Shown: piece by piece, positions 55,087 to 64,000 of the stretch
Layout of the letters: each line of letters opens with the position of its first letter
Position numbering within the stretch: the first letter of the stretch is position 1
DNA from: a virus
Strand: one strand, 5' to 3'
Virus record (IMG/VR): IMGVR_UViG_3300032053_000025
Span: 1 to 64,000 of that record
DNA length: 64,000 nucleotides
The notes under the pieces: generated by a model
What the model was told of the DNA's origin: nothing
The model's input: the letters and a program-made list of their open reading frames with translations, nothing else
Databases searched by the model: none
Position numbers and translations under genes: made by a program

Positions 55087-56835
55087 CTATTTTTTGGACC
55101 AGTGTAATCTTGCTACCATTTTATCGTCAACTTCTTTACGCACCTTTTTATAATGCTCATCATCCGCACTAGGTTTATCTCCCACATGAGTTGAGGCCGT
55201 TTTTAACACAACTTTCTTAGCTATTGCCAATTGATACTGAGCCTCATCAATCAACTGGTCATCAGTTAAATCCTTGGCTAAATCGCCAAGTTCACTACGC
55301 CTATCTCCAACCAATTTTGCTTGGGCAAAATATAATACTTTCGCTTCACCCAACTGCTTAGTTAAATCCACTATCTGAGTTTCTTGAGTTAAACTTGCAA
55401 TTGCTAAAGTATCAACTTTAGTCAAAGTTTCAACTAAAGAAGCCTTCGCCAATTTTGAATCGTTCTTCGCTTTGCGGATTTTTTCCGCAGCCTTCTTCAA
55501 TAATACCTGTATACTTGCCTTATCCATCTTCCAAACCGCTGGATCCATTGCTAATTCCTCCTTATTAGGAATATGCTTCGCTTCCGCAAAGCTTTCAATT
55601 TCTCGTTTAGTATTGTGTGCAATATCTAATGGTGTTTTTAATCCACATTTAGCACATTTTACTTCTATCTTATCCATGTCAGAGGAAATTGCATAGGGGT
55701 TTTCCATATTGCAAGCCAAACATCTGACAGTACCCTGACGTAAAAACTTCAACCTCTTTAATAATTCATTGGGAGTTTGATCTTTAAACTTTACATCATA
55801 CTCTTTTGCACAGGATTGGCATTTTAAAGTTGCCTCTAATGTGGCATTCTTTAAGATTAACCAATTGCTTCCTCTGCAATTTGCACATGAAAAATCGAAA
55901 TCAATCTTCTGTGCAGGCAGTAATACTTTGCCTGCCTTGTCTACTATTGATAAACAATTTGGGCATTTTATTGGGCTTGTTGAGCCTTGTATGAATATTG
56001 ACTCGAAGTTGCTTCCGCAATGCGCACAGATTATTTTTATAGGCCCTTCGGGAGTTGGAGGCACAATTGGGGGAGGTACAATTGTTGCTCCTAATTGCTG
56101 GTCTGCTTGAGCAAATAACATACTTTTGCAGACTTCGTTACAACCACCTTCACCTTTACATTTATCACACATTAAAGTGTTGTCCTTTAAAAAGGAAGTA
56201 TTTAATGATGCAACCGCCAAATCACTCATCAATAAAGTATCATAATGCTGTTTTGCTACTTCTAATACTAACGCATCGGGAGAAGCCGCAATAGTGTTCC
56301 CATCTAAATTTAACAAAATAGCACAACCGGCAAACTGAAATTTCTCAATTATATAATTTCCATTAGCTAAATTTTTGACATCTTTTTTATTATGCCAGAC
56401 TTCATAAGACACCTTAAGGGTTTTCTTCTTAAACATTTCCTGAACTTTAGCCCATTCAGTATTAAATATTTTTTTATAAAAGGTCCCCCAAATTATAACC
56501 TTTTTCTCCTTTTCTATGTAGCGAAATTCAATAACCGCCCCACAAACATAACGCCGCACGTGATCTATATTAACAGGCTTCGCAATAAGAGTGGGTAATT
56601 TGCGTAAAATCTCAACACTAGGCAAAATTTCTTTATTATTATTTGCCTTGTCTGCCCAACAATAAGAAGCCTTGAAAATAGCTAAATCTACGGAATCTTC
56701 AAGAACAATTCCCTTAGCTTTTGCAATTTGCAATATCTCACTACGCTCCTCAGCAGTTTCTAAGAATAATACCTCGGAATTTTCCTGCATTTCCATTAAA
56801 AAATTCTCTAATTCTATCATATTATAATCCATCAT
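55087..56835 (-). CDS. Prohead protease-like domain + zinc ribbons + scaffold coiled coil
   Basis: ANNNKE, KPVNIDH, VSYEV, FAGCAILL, AASPDA protease-like motifs; seven CxxC; C-terminal coiled coil. Confidence 0.7.
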   Translation of the reverse strand: MMDYNMIELENFLMEMQENSEVLFLETAEERSEILQIAKAKGIVLEDSVDLAIFKASYCWADKANNNKEILPSVEILRKLPTLIAKPVNIDHVRRYVCGAVIEFRYIEKEKKVIIWGTFYKKIFNTEWAKVQEMFKKKTLKVSYEVWHNKKDVKNLANGNYIIEKFQFAGCAILLNLDGNTIAASPDALVLEVAKQHYDTLLMSDLAVASLNTSFLKDNTLMCDKCKGEGGCNEVCKSMLFAQADQQLGATIVPPPIVPPTPEGPIKIICAHCGSNFESIFIQGSTSPIKCPNCLSIVDKAGKVLLPAQKIDFDFSCANCRGSNWLILKNATLEATLKCQSCAKEYDVKFKDQTPNELLKRLKFLRQGTVRCLACNMENPYAISSDMDKIEVKCAKCGLKTPLDIAHNTKREIESFAEAKHIPNKEELAMDPAVWKMDKASIQVLLKKAAEKIRKAKNDSKLAKASLVETLTKVDTLAIASLTQETQIVDLTKQLGEAKVLYFAQAKLVGDRRSELGDLAKDLTDDQLIDEAQYQLAIAKKVVLKTASTHVGDKPSADDEHYKKVRKEVDDKMVARLHWSKK

Positions 56836-57398
56836 TATTCCTCCAGAAGCCCAACCGCAATTAAAATATTAGTAATATCTTTCCGCCCCGTGCTAACAAT
56901 CAGCCTATTTACTCCTATTTTTTTCACACCATTAAAATCCCTGCTTACTTGAATCTTGCCTAATTTTATTCCTTGTAAATTTCCTTCTATTAAACTTGTA
57001 AATCCCTTAATCCCACTTAGAAGTTTCTTTATTGAAATATTAAAATCCTTGATTCCTGATATTTGTTGGTCTTTTAAAACTGTAAATTGTTTGGTGCCTG
57101 TAAATTTTCTATCAATCTTACCTTCACACAGTTTGTTGCCTACTAAACCAAACTGCAAACTTGAATCAAATCCTTTGCTTCCTAAAATGCTATATTCTAA
57201 TTCAACTGGAAATTGTTTAACCCCATTTAAATCAAACTCATATTTGAATGGTACGTATACTGCTAATTTCTTCCTCTTTTTTGTGGTGGTTCCTCCATGT
57301 CTTTTAACAACCGGAGGGATTATAATTTCTTCAACCCCACCTAAACCCCAAGTAATTAATTTTTGTAAGTATCCTAAACCTCTTGTAATTAGGTTCAT
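56835..57398 (-). CDS. Virion protein with 15-aa GxK repeats
   Basis: LITRGLG/LITWGLG N-terminus; LNGVKQF, ILGSKGF, LVGNKLC, FTGTKQF, ISGIKDF, LSGIKGF, LQGIKLG, FNGVKKI, STGRKDI. Confidence 0.6.
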   Translation of the reverse strand: MNLITRGLGYLQKLITWGLGGVEEIIIPPVVKRHGGTTTKKRKKLAVYVPFKYEFDLNGVKQFPVELEYSILGSKGFDSSLQFGLVGNKLCEGKIDRKFTGTKQFTVLKDQQISGIKDFNISIKKLLSGIKGFTSLIEGNLQGIKLGKIQVSRDFNGVKKIGVNRLIVSTGRKDITNILIAVGLLEE

Positions 57399-57853
57399 TA
57401 AATTATTGGCTCCCTCTTAAAAGGATCTGTCATTGTAGGTAATCCATTGGAATCTAAAAGATTAAATTGATATAAAACCGCTATTCCGTCCTCAGCATAT
57501 AAAATAAGCTTATTTTCCTTGATTTCCCATTTGCCCTTCTCGATATTTAAAATTGTAGTTACATTCAATCCAATTGTAGTTAAACTTGCTTGTTCGGCTA
57601 AACCACCTGTATTATTAGTAGCCGATTGGTATCGTTCGTAATTATTTAATGAGGCACCGCCATCGGTGCGTATTGCATAATCTTTGGTGTCATCATACTC
57701 GGCAAATTCATAGGAATAAAATCCCTCGGCAACTTCATTCATTGAGGCATCAGTAATTACTAAAGAATTATCCGATAAATCTCTAATTCTGATAGTGGGA
57801 GTTAATCCGGTCTTAGGTATTCCATTATCTGTAAAGAATGAAGTTATTAACAT
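57398..57853 (-). CDS. Putative head decoration/fibre protein
   Basis: PKTGLTPTIRI...MNEVAEGFYSYEF Ig-like pattern. Confidence 0.5.
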   Translation of the reverse strand: MLITSFFTDNGIPKTGLTPTIRIRDLSDNSLVITDASMNEVAEGFYSYEFAEYDDTKDYAIRTDGGASLNNYERYQSATNNTGGLAEQASLTTIGLNVTTILNIEKGKWEIKENKLILYAEDGIAVLYQFNLLDSNGLPTMTDPFKREPII

Positions 57854-59553
57854 ATTTTATCCTTGTCAGTATAAATATATTTTTTACCTGTTATTTTTTC
57901 AAGGTCTTTAACGGCATTAAACATGTCTACAGTAATTTCTTTTTTTCCTTTTTCACTATGATATGACCAAGCCATTCCATCACTTTCTATTTGTGTCATC
58001 TCTATAATTTCTTTCGGAATATTTTTAAAATTATGTGGTGAAATTGTAGTAATATTTCCTGCCTCATCTCTTACTCTACATTCTGCCAAACCTACTGAAT
58101 AAAAATTATCAATATAAAATATGTTTTCTGCATCGGCATTTAAAATTGTTATTATAATTGAATCAATAGCATCTTTATTTGCATCACTTACTGCAGAAAT
58201 ATCCCAAGTTACTGATTCCTGAGTATTTGCAACTAATACAGTATAAGTTTTTTCTGTAGTAGTTCCCCCACTATCATGTATTCCTATTTTTATATTCGCT
58301 CCAGTTCTTGAAGAATATATATCGAATTTTAGAGTTTTTATTTTTGTCAAATCTATTACTGGAGATACTGTACGAGTAAGGGTTTTATTAAGACTGCCTG
58401 TTATCGCCGCCACTCCTTTTAATGAATAAGAACCTTGAGTTTTGATGGTGACTTCGGAGTAGGATTGAAGAGAATGTAAATTTAACTCCATCATTTCTAC
58501 TTCATTCATAAAAAATGCTGTTGTAGAATTATCATTACCAGCAGTTCCAATTATTCTATAATATCTATAAGAGGTGGAATTTGAAAAGGTAAATTCTTGC
58601 CATTCATACTTCCCCCCATCTCCATCACCAGAACTGATTGTAGTCCAATTAGAATTATCATTAGAACCATCAAAATTAAAATTACCAAAACAATATGCTA
58701 CATTTTGTAAATTAATAAATCTTAACTTTCTTACCTTCTTTGTTACTCCGCTACCAAAATCATATTTCCACCAACCGCCATTAACCCCGTCATTTATTAA
58801 ATAAGTAGCCGTATTACCATCTGCTGAAAGAGATGCTGGATTACCTACTCTTTCAGCATTTGATGTGGCAGTTCCACCAGTTACAACATTAGAACCATAA
58901 GTATCATTCAATCCATTACTCACATACGCTGCCTGTGCCGCTCCATCAGAAGCATATTCCATATTATCTATTGCAATATCTGTAGCATCTGCATACAGCT
59001 GAACCTCATCTACCGGACTTGAACTCGGAATTGTTCCTTTTTTTATTGCTATAACACCTACTCCATTTGTACCTACAGTACCTCCATTTACTAAAATATT
59101 TATCAAACCTTGATATAAAGGATCAAAATAAGTTTTTAACGTAGATTTTACAACACTCCATAGATTTTTCTTTAAAACATTTGAAGCGGCACTATCAATA
59201 ATTGGAATTTCATCATTATCAGCAAAAGAGGTTTTATCCGTTGCTGCATGTAATAAAGTAGCTATTGTGGTCGCTGTTTCTACCGGAGACAATTCAGTCC
59301 AAGAAGAAATATATTTATAAAATTTATCCTCGTCTTTAATATAAACTATCATTCCTTCTTTAGGGGTAATAAAATCCCAACCTGCACCATTGTCATCAAC
59401 TATATAATTATCCTTTAAATTCCAAGCACCAGTCGCCCCAGCTCCAACAATATATCGTTTGCCTTTAGAATAGGCAGGAGGACTTGTTAAATCTTTGTCC
59501 TCTACTGCGGGTTGAAAAAATGAAGTCTCTCGTGGGTCAACCTTGTACGACAT
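57847..59553 (-). CDS. Fibre protein: DUF2793-like N-domain + F5/8 (discoidin) + carbohydrate-binding-like domain
   Basis: PP...GKRYIVGAGATGAW...PKEGMIVY; SADGNTAT, WWKYDFG, GSNDNSNWT, YRYYRI; QGSYSLK...LKFDIYS...FYIDNF. Confidence 0.72.
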   Translation of the reverse strand: MSYKVDPRETSFFQPAVEDKDLTSPPAYSKGKRYIVGAGATGAWNLKDNYIVDDNGAGWDFITPKEGMIVYIKDEDKFYKYISSWTELSPVETATTIATLLHAATDKTSFADNDEIPIIDSAASNVLKKNLWSVVKSTLKTYFDPLYQGLINILVNGGTVGTNGVGVIAIKKGTIPSSSPVDEVQLYADATDIAIDNMEYASDGAAQAAYVSNGLNDTYGSNVVTGGTATSNAERVGNPASLSADGNTATYLINDGVNGGWWKYDFGSGVTKKVRKLRFINLQNVAYCFGNFNFDGSNDNSNWTTISSGDGDGGKYEWQEFTFSNSTSYRYYRIIGTAGNDNSTTAFFMNEVEMMELNLHSLQSYSEVTIKTQGSYSLKGVAAITGSLNKTLTRTVSPVIDLTKIKTLKFDIYSSRTGANIKIGIHDSGGTTTEKTYTVLVANTQESVTWDISAVSDANKDAIDSIIITILNADAENIFYIDNFYSVGLAECRVRDEAGNITTISPHNFKNIPKEIIEMTQIESDGMAWSYHSEKGKKEITVDMFNAVKDLEKITGKKYIYTDKDKIC

Positions 59554-59563
59554 ATATTTTCCT

Positions 59564-60991
59564 TTATTTTTTTATTGCATTAACCAAATAAATTATATTC
59601 CCAGTTGGATTATCTTGTAATCGCCATTCACCCTGCCAACCAAATTTATATATATCTTGAATATCTATCAAACTACCCAATCTTTCCTTAATTACTTGCT
59701 CATTATAAACTCTTAAATGACTTTCATCCAAAAAATTGGGTACTGAAAATATTAACCTTTTTTCTTTAGGTATATTTGATAAAATCTTATAATCATCTAA
59801 ATGCTCTAATACTTCGGTGGCAATATAGGTATCATATTCGCCTTCATAATTTGATTTATCATAAGCATTACCCACAACAACTTGAGGACTATTGGCAATT
59901 TTAACTGCTTCGTGTGAGAAATCAAACCCGTTATAATTTTTAATAAAATTTTTTAAATTTGCAATTCCACATCCGATATCTAAACATCTATCTTCGCCAA
60001 CTAACTGCCCTATTTTATTGTACAGATGGTAATACCTAGACATGTCTGAAGAATTTGCAAATAATTTGTCATAATAATCCGATTTTTTTTCAACTTTAGA
60101 TCGTATAGTTAATACGTTATTATTGGTTGCTAATTCTGCATATTCTAACCATTTAATCCGGTTATTCGGTCCACATAACTCTGCCATAAATTCTATGGCT
60201 TCTTTAAAATCTGCGTTTACTTTAATTGCTTGTAAGCAGGCATCCTTGGCCTCATCATTTTTGTTAAGTGCCCAATAACATCTAGCCAACATTAACCAGG
60301 CTTCTGCCCATTCGGGGGGCCAATTTGTCCGGGTCAAATAATCTTTATACCAGTAAATTGCAGTAATCCAATCCTTACGATACCAAAATTCCCGCGCCAG
60401 ATAGAAACATTCACGAATCAGATTAGGATTATTACTTAATTCTTGTTTCAATATCCTTAATGCTCTATCAGGATCGTGTTGATGTGCCTTGCTATAGCCA
60501 AAGGTAATTTTTATATCCGACTTGTTATTATCGGTATAACTCAAATAATTATGAATGTTACCTTTCCAATATACTTCTGGGCATCGCTTGAATAATCGAG
60601 GAAAATAAAATTGGTCGCCCGTTATATTGGCTTCCATTATACAATTAATAGTTTTTTGATTGTGTGATTCCGCAAATTCTATTGCCTTGCGGATTTTTAG
60701 TAGCCCTCCGATTTCGAGAGATTCATCTGCATCAATGCTAAGGATAAAATCGGTATCGGCTTTGGATAAAATAAAATTGCGGGCGGAACAAAATGAATCG
60801 TGCCAAACATCCTCGGTATAAATATTATCGGTATATTTCTTTGCTATTTCAATAGTATTATCTTGGCTGCCGGTGTCTGAAATATAGAGTGCATCTGCCT
60901 CTTTTATACTTTCAAGGCACTTGGCCAGACATTCCGACTCATTTTTTACAATTAGGCACACACCAATAGTAAGCTTTTTATTTTGTTCCAT
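59564..60991 (-). CDS. GT2 glycosyltransferase + TPR + class I methyltransferase
   Basis: CLIVKNE, DTGSQDNT, SFCSARN, SIDADE, IHN; TPR FYLARE/AWLMLARCY; LDIGCG, TEVLEH, SVPN. Confidence 0.88.
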   Translation of the reverse strand: MEQNKKLTIGVCLIVKNESECLAKCLESIKEADALYISDTGSQDNTIEIAKKYTDNIYTEDVWHDSFCSARNFILSKADTDFILSIDADESLEIGGLLKIRKAIEFAESHNQKTINCIMEANITGDQFYFPRLFKRCPEVYWKGNIHNYLSYTDNNKSDIKITFGYSKAHQHDPDRALRILKQELSNNPNLIRECFYLAREFWYRKDWITAIYWYKDYLTRTNWPPEWAEAWLMLARCYWALNKNDEAKDACLQAIKVNADFKEAIEFMAELCGPNNRIKWLEYAELATNNNVLTIRSKVEKKSDYYDKLFANSSDMSRYYHLYNKIGQLVGEDRCLDIGCGIANLKNFIKNYNGFDFSHEAVKIANSPQVVVGNAYDKSNYEGEYDTYIATEVLEHLDDYKILSNIPKEKRLIFSVPNFLDESHLRVYNEQVIKERLGSLIDIQDIYKFGWQGEWRLQDNPTGNIIYLVNAIKK

Positions 60992-61069
60992 AAAATATTA
61001 AAGCATATATTGCCAATTATAGTTTTATAAAATTGTTCCCAATAAACACGATTCCGATTTGCTAAAGAA

Positions 61070-61645
61070 TTATGTGGTAGAAATAATTAAGCAGCCATAG
61101 TCAGAAGAATACGTAGCACCCGGCCCAGTTTGGCCTTGGGGCCCTGTAATACCAATAGTTCCTCGATCCCCTTTACTTCCTTTGGTACCCTGTATGCCCT
61201 GAGATCCTAATGTACCTCGATCTCCCTTAGTTCCCTGAATACCTTGAGAACCCAAGGTACCTCTATCGCCCTTACTACCTTTGGTGCCTTGAATTCCGGC
61301 AGTCCCTTGTATACCTTGGGACCCTAAAGTTCCTCTATCACCTTTGGTGCCTTGAATACCCTGTTGGCCCAAATATTCTGCCCAAGTAGTGCCACTAGTA
61401 CAATGATAATACTTATCTTCGTCGTCTACCCATACTATCATACCTTCCAAAGGTGTGTCATAAAGAAAAGAAGTAGCCGCTACATTACAATAAGCTATCT
61501 GTCCTACATTTGCGCCATCAGTAAGTAAATACCTATCACCTTTTGCGGCTGCTCCAGTTAAACTAATTAATCCTGCCGCTGTAACTCTGTCCTTCACACT
61601 TGGTTGCCAAACAAAATTTTCTAAAACGGGTACTCTGTAACTCAT
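61070..61645 (-). CDS. Collagen-like fibre protein with DUF2793-like N-domain
   Basis: KGDRYLL...PLEGMIVWVDDEDK followed by Gly-X-Y repeats. Confidence 0.8.
   Translation of the reverse strand: MSYRVPVLENFVWQPSVKDRVTAAGLISLTGAAAKGDRYLLTDGANVGQIAYCNVAATSFLYDTPLEGMIVWVDDEDKYYHCTSGTTWAEYLGQQGIQGTKGDRGTLGSQGIQGTAGIQGTKGSKGDRGTLGSQGIQGTKGDRGTLGSQGIQGTKGSKGDRGTIGITGPQGQTGPGATYSSDYGCLIISTT
61115..61369 (-). repeat. Collagen Gly-X-Y repeat (~28 triplets; unit GTKGDRGTLGSQGIQ)
   Basis: Direct translation. Confidence 0.9.
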
Positions 61646-61657
61646 ATTAATTCTCCT

Positions 61658-61855
61658 TTACTCCAAAATAAAAAACTTCAATATGGAATCATAGATTCCA
61701 GTTATCTTAGCATTCAAACTATCTTTTACCAATTTTTCTGTAGGATAATGGGTATCATCTGGAGTGGCTTGGAAAGAAGAAACCTTGTTGGTTTTATCTT
61801 CCTTCCCATTAATATCCTGAACTCCACTAGTTTTGCGAGTTAATATTGATTTCAT
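61658..61855 (-). CDS. Small fibre-associated protein
   Basis: KEDKTNKV...DTHYPTEKLVKD motif typical of phage fibre segments. Confidence 0.55.
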   Translation of the reverse strand: MKSILTRKTSGVQDINGKEDKTNKVSSFQATPDDTHYPTEKLVKDSLNAKITGIYDSILKFFILE

Positions 61856-61864
61856 TGATTATCC

Positions 61865-62194
61865 TTATTCGCACAAACCTTCACCAGCAATCTGGATTGA
61901 AGTTTTTGTAGATTTTAACCCTTGACGCAAGTCTAAACTTGCGTTCCATTGTAAGTCTATTTTAGCTTTACCTTCGGGAGGTAAAGATGTAGGTGCCGAT
62001 AAAATTGAAATTTCGGCATTATTTAACGTTACTTTGATATTGATAATTGGGATAAATTTACCTCTATCATCCTTTTCATCGTTTAGAATGTAGACTGACA
62101 AATTTGATTGAGTGCCTGCTGGCACTACACCAAATGTAATCTCATCATCTAAAGAGATTTCTTCAGTATATTGGCTGTCTTTATAGAGTTTCAT
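61865..62194 (-). CDS. Ig-like virion protein
   Basis: ITFGVVPAG...VYILN...PTSLPPEG..IDLQW. Confidence 0.5.
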   Translation of the reverse strand: MKLYKDSQYTEEISLDDEITFGVVPAGTQSNLSVYILNDEKDDRGKFIPIINIKVTLNNAEISILSAPTSLPPEGKAKIDLQWNASLDLRQGLKSTKTSIQIAGEGLCE

Positions 62195-63999
62195 TATTTG
62201 TCCTCTTTTTTATTCAAGGATTGTAAATAGTCGATTAATTGGGTTTGTTTTGCCATTAATGCAGCCTTCGCCTTCTGGAACAATCCCGCTTCTTCCGCTT
62301 TCTTTAAATTTCTTACTTGGCTCCATGCAACCTTAAATGAATATGCCTCGATTTTCTTGTTGTTGCCGGGAAATTTCTTTTGAGCAGACTTCCATGCAGA
62401 ATTAAATACCTGCATGAATTTTCGTTGGCCCTCAATTCCTAATTCGGTCTGAACTGCTTGAGGAAGCTCAGCAATATTTTGATATGGGGCTCCAGCAAGT
62501 TCCAACTCTTTCTGAGCCCGATCTAATAACCATTTTTTAGCTTTTTTGATATCCCAATCATTCTGCTTATTGAAGATAAAAGACTGGATCTCAACTTTCT
62601 CCGAATCAATTCGTTTAGCGACCAAGGCAGAAATTCCTAACTCTGCATCAATAACTTCGGTCTTAAATGATTCTTTGTCACATTCTTTTGGATCGATTTG
62701 TCGCACACGAATATAGTTGGTAGTGCTAAAATCTCTCTTCCATTTGGCGACTGAAAAATTCTCCTCAATCTCTTCATCACCATATAAAACATCATCGTCT
62801 AAATATTCTCCCTCAGAACTTTGAGGCTGTAAGGATGCTTGCTTAAAATTCATTTTTTCTGGGCCCTGCTTACTTTCGGGCATTTTCTCAACTTTATCGG
62901 GATACTGTTTTTGTCTTAATATTTCCTCACCGGTAACATTTTGTTCGTTGTTCTGGGTAATCTTCGCGTACATAAAATATTCGTCCCCTTGCTTGGATTC
63001 CCTTAAACGATACCGTCTTTCCAACTCATAATCAACTTGTCCCTTAGAAGTAATAAAATCAGCAGTCTCATTAGAAATCAATCCTCTATCCGACATACTT
63101 CTCATCATTGTACAGAAAGCATCCGACATAAATTCCGTAACCGGCTTATAGCCAACAATCCACTTCTTAGAATTAGATTTAGTCGAATTTACATTCTTCT
63201 CTTTAATCAACGATATTAAATCATTTAAAATTGCGGCGAAATCTTTAATCCCAGTATTAACTTCTTTCATAAAAACTAAAGGCGATAATACACTTTCTCT
63301 TCGGCTTGCGGACGAAATATCCACGACCTCTACAAATCCGAACCCTGCCAATATATTCTTCTCAGCAGAAGTAAATAAAGCCTGTTTAAACATAGGTTCA
63401 ACTTCGGGAATAATCTGATTAATTTTCTCACCAAAATTCCCGACCCTTAATGGCATTTTATTCGATAACTGCAATCCATCGTTCCCATTAACATCAAATC
63501 GATTTACTTTATCCATCATTTCTTGTAAATCATTTTTGATTACTTTTAATTCTTCTTTACTCCAAGTAATCCCGGCCTTTAATAAATCGGGATCCCCCTC
63601 TAAAACCTGTAGCATATAAGGTATAACTTTTTCAACAAGATTTATTTCCTTGTCTTTTAACATATCTATAATTTTCCAGTTTTTATAAATGCCACGTCTA
63701 AATAAAAATGGTACTGGATATTTATCGAAAATTCTAACCCCGGGCTTATATAAGAAGTGAGATTCTGCTTCAATTGGTTCTCTATCCTTAACATCTGAAC
63801 CTATAAAATAATCGTAAGCAAATAAATCCTGTTTGCCAGTTTTTTCCTTGTCCTCTGCATACACACTTCCACCATCTGCAAAAACCATAGAAACAGGTAA
63901 ATTTATACCATCAATTTCTTCCCATTTAAGAATCTTCAATACTGGGAAGGATGCACATTTCCATAATTCTTTATAATACTCTTTCTGTAATCCTCTTAA
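62194..63999 (-). CDS. Putative portal protein with C-terminal extra domains including ChaB (5' end outside window)
   Basis: Frame open to the window edge; position upstream of the head genes; ILAGFG and MSDRGLIS portal-like segments; PYQNIAELP...FMQVFNSAW...FKVAWSQVR matches ChaB. Confidence 0.6.
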   Translation of the reverse strand, partial: LRGLQKEYYKELWKCASFPVLKILKWEEIDGINLPVSMVFADGGSVYAEDKEKTGKQDLFAYDYFIGSDVKDREPIEAESHFLYKPGVRIFDKYPVPFLFRRGIYKNWKIIDMLKDKEINLVEKVIPYMLQVLEGDPDLLKAGITWSKEELKVIKNDLQEMMDKVNRFDVNGNDGLQLSNKMPLRVGNFGEKINQIIPEVEPMFKQALFTSAEKNILAGFGFVEVVDISSASRRESVLSPLVFMKEVNTGIKDFAAILNDLISLIKEKNVNSTKSNSKKWIVGYKPVTEFMSDAFCTMMRSMSDRGLISNETADFITSKGQVDYELERRYRLRESKQGDEYFMYAKITQNNEQNVTGEEILRQKQYPDKVEKMPESKQGPEKMNFKQASLQPQSSEGEYLDDDVLYGDEEIEENFSVAKWKRDFSTTNYIRVRQIDPKECDKESFKTEVIDAELGISALVAKRIDSEKVEIQSFIFNKQNDWDIKKAKKWLLDRAQKELELAGAPYQNIAELPQAVQTELGIEGQRKFMQVFNSAWKSAQKKFPGNNKKIEAYSFKVAWSQVRNLKKAEEAGLFQKAKAALMAKQTQLIDYLQSLNKKEDK

Positions 64000-64000
64000 A

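Noticed and set aside
53993-55172. + strand ORFs opposite the capsid gene, and other antisense ORFs in the track
   Set aside because: Shadows of real genes on the other strand; no RBS or recognisable motifs

Overview
AT-rich (roughly 30% GC by eye) segment of a large tailed dsDNA bacteriophage genome. A bacterial host is indicated by AGGAG/GGAGG ribosome-binding sites and two sigma70-type promoters; the ORFs fit the standard code. Two convergent arms meet at a hairpin near 35.5 kb. The + arm (1-35.4 kb) carries replication, recombination and repair genes: HNH, Cas4-like nuclease, primase-helicase with an intein, RuvC-like, Hjc-like, RecA/UvsX, UvsY-like, two DNA methyltransferases, a family B polymerase with atypical motifs A/B, a 3'-5' exonuclease, split SbcC plus SbcD, DNA ligase, an intein-containing metallophosphoesterase and an RNA ligase. 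It also carries an ~11.7 kb glycan-synthesis cluster: an IspD/TarI-SDR fusion (CDP-ribitol synthase-like), a LicD-LicD-glycosyltransferase, four more paralogous GT-A proteins, a PIG-L deacetylase, a WbqC-methyltransferase, FkbM and a Maf/DUF115 protein. The - arm (35.5-64 kb) is the virion module: putative portal with a ChaB domain, a fibre block with collagen and a GT2-TPR-methyltransferase, protease/scaffold with zinc ribbons, capsid, neck, tail tube, chaperones, tape measure and tail tip/fibre genes. The best candidate for a new system is a phage-encoded ribitol-phosphate glycan pathway resembling the ISPD/fukutin/FKRP logic, probably decorating virion proteins (or, less likely, DNA). All calls come from motif recognition by eye; no searches were run.
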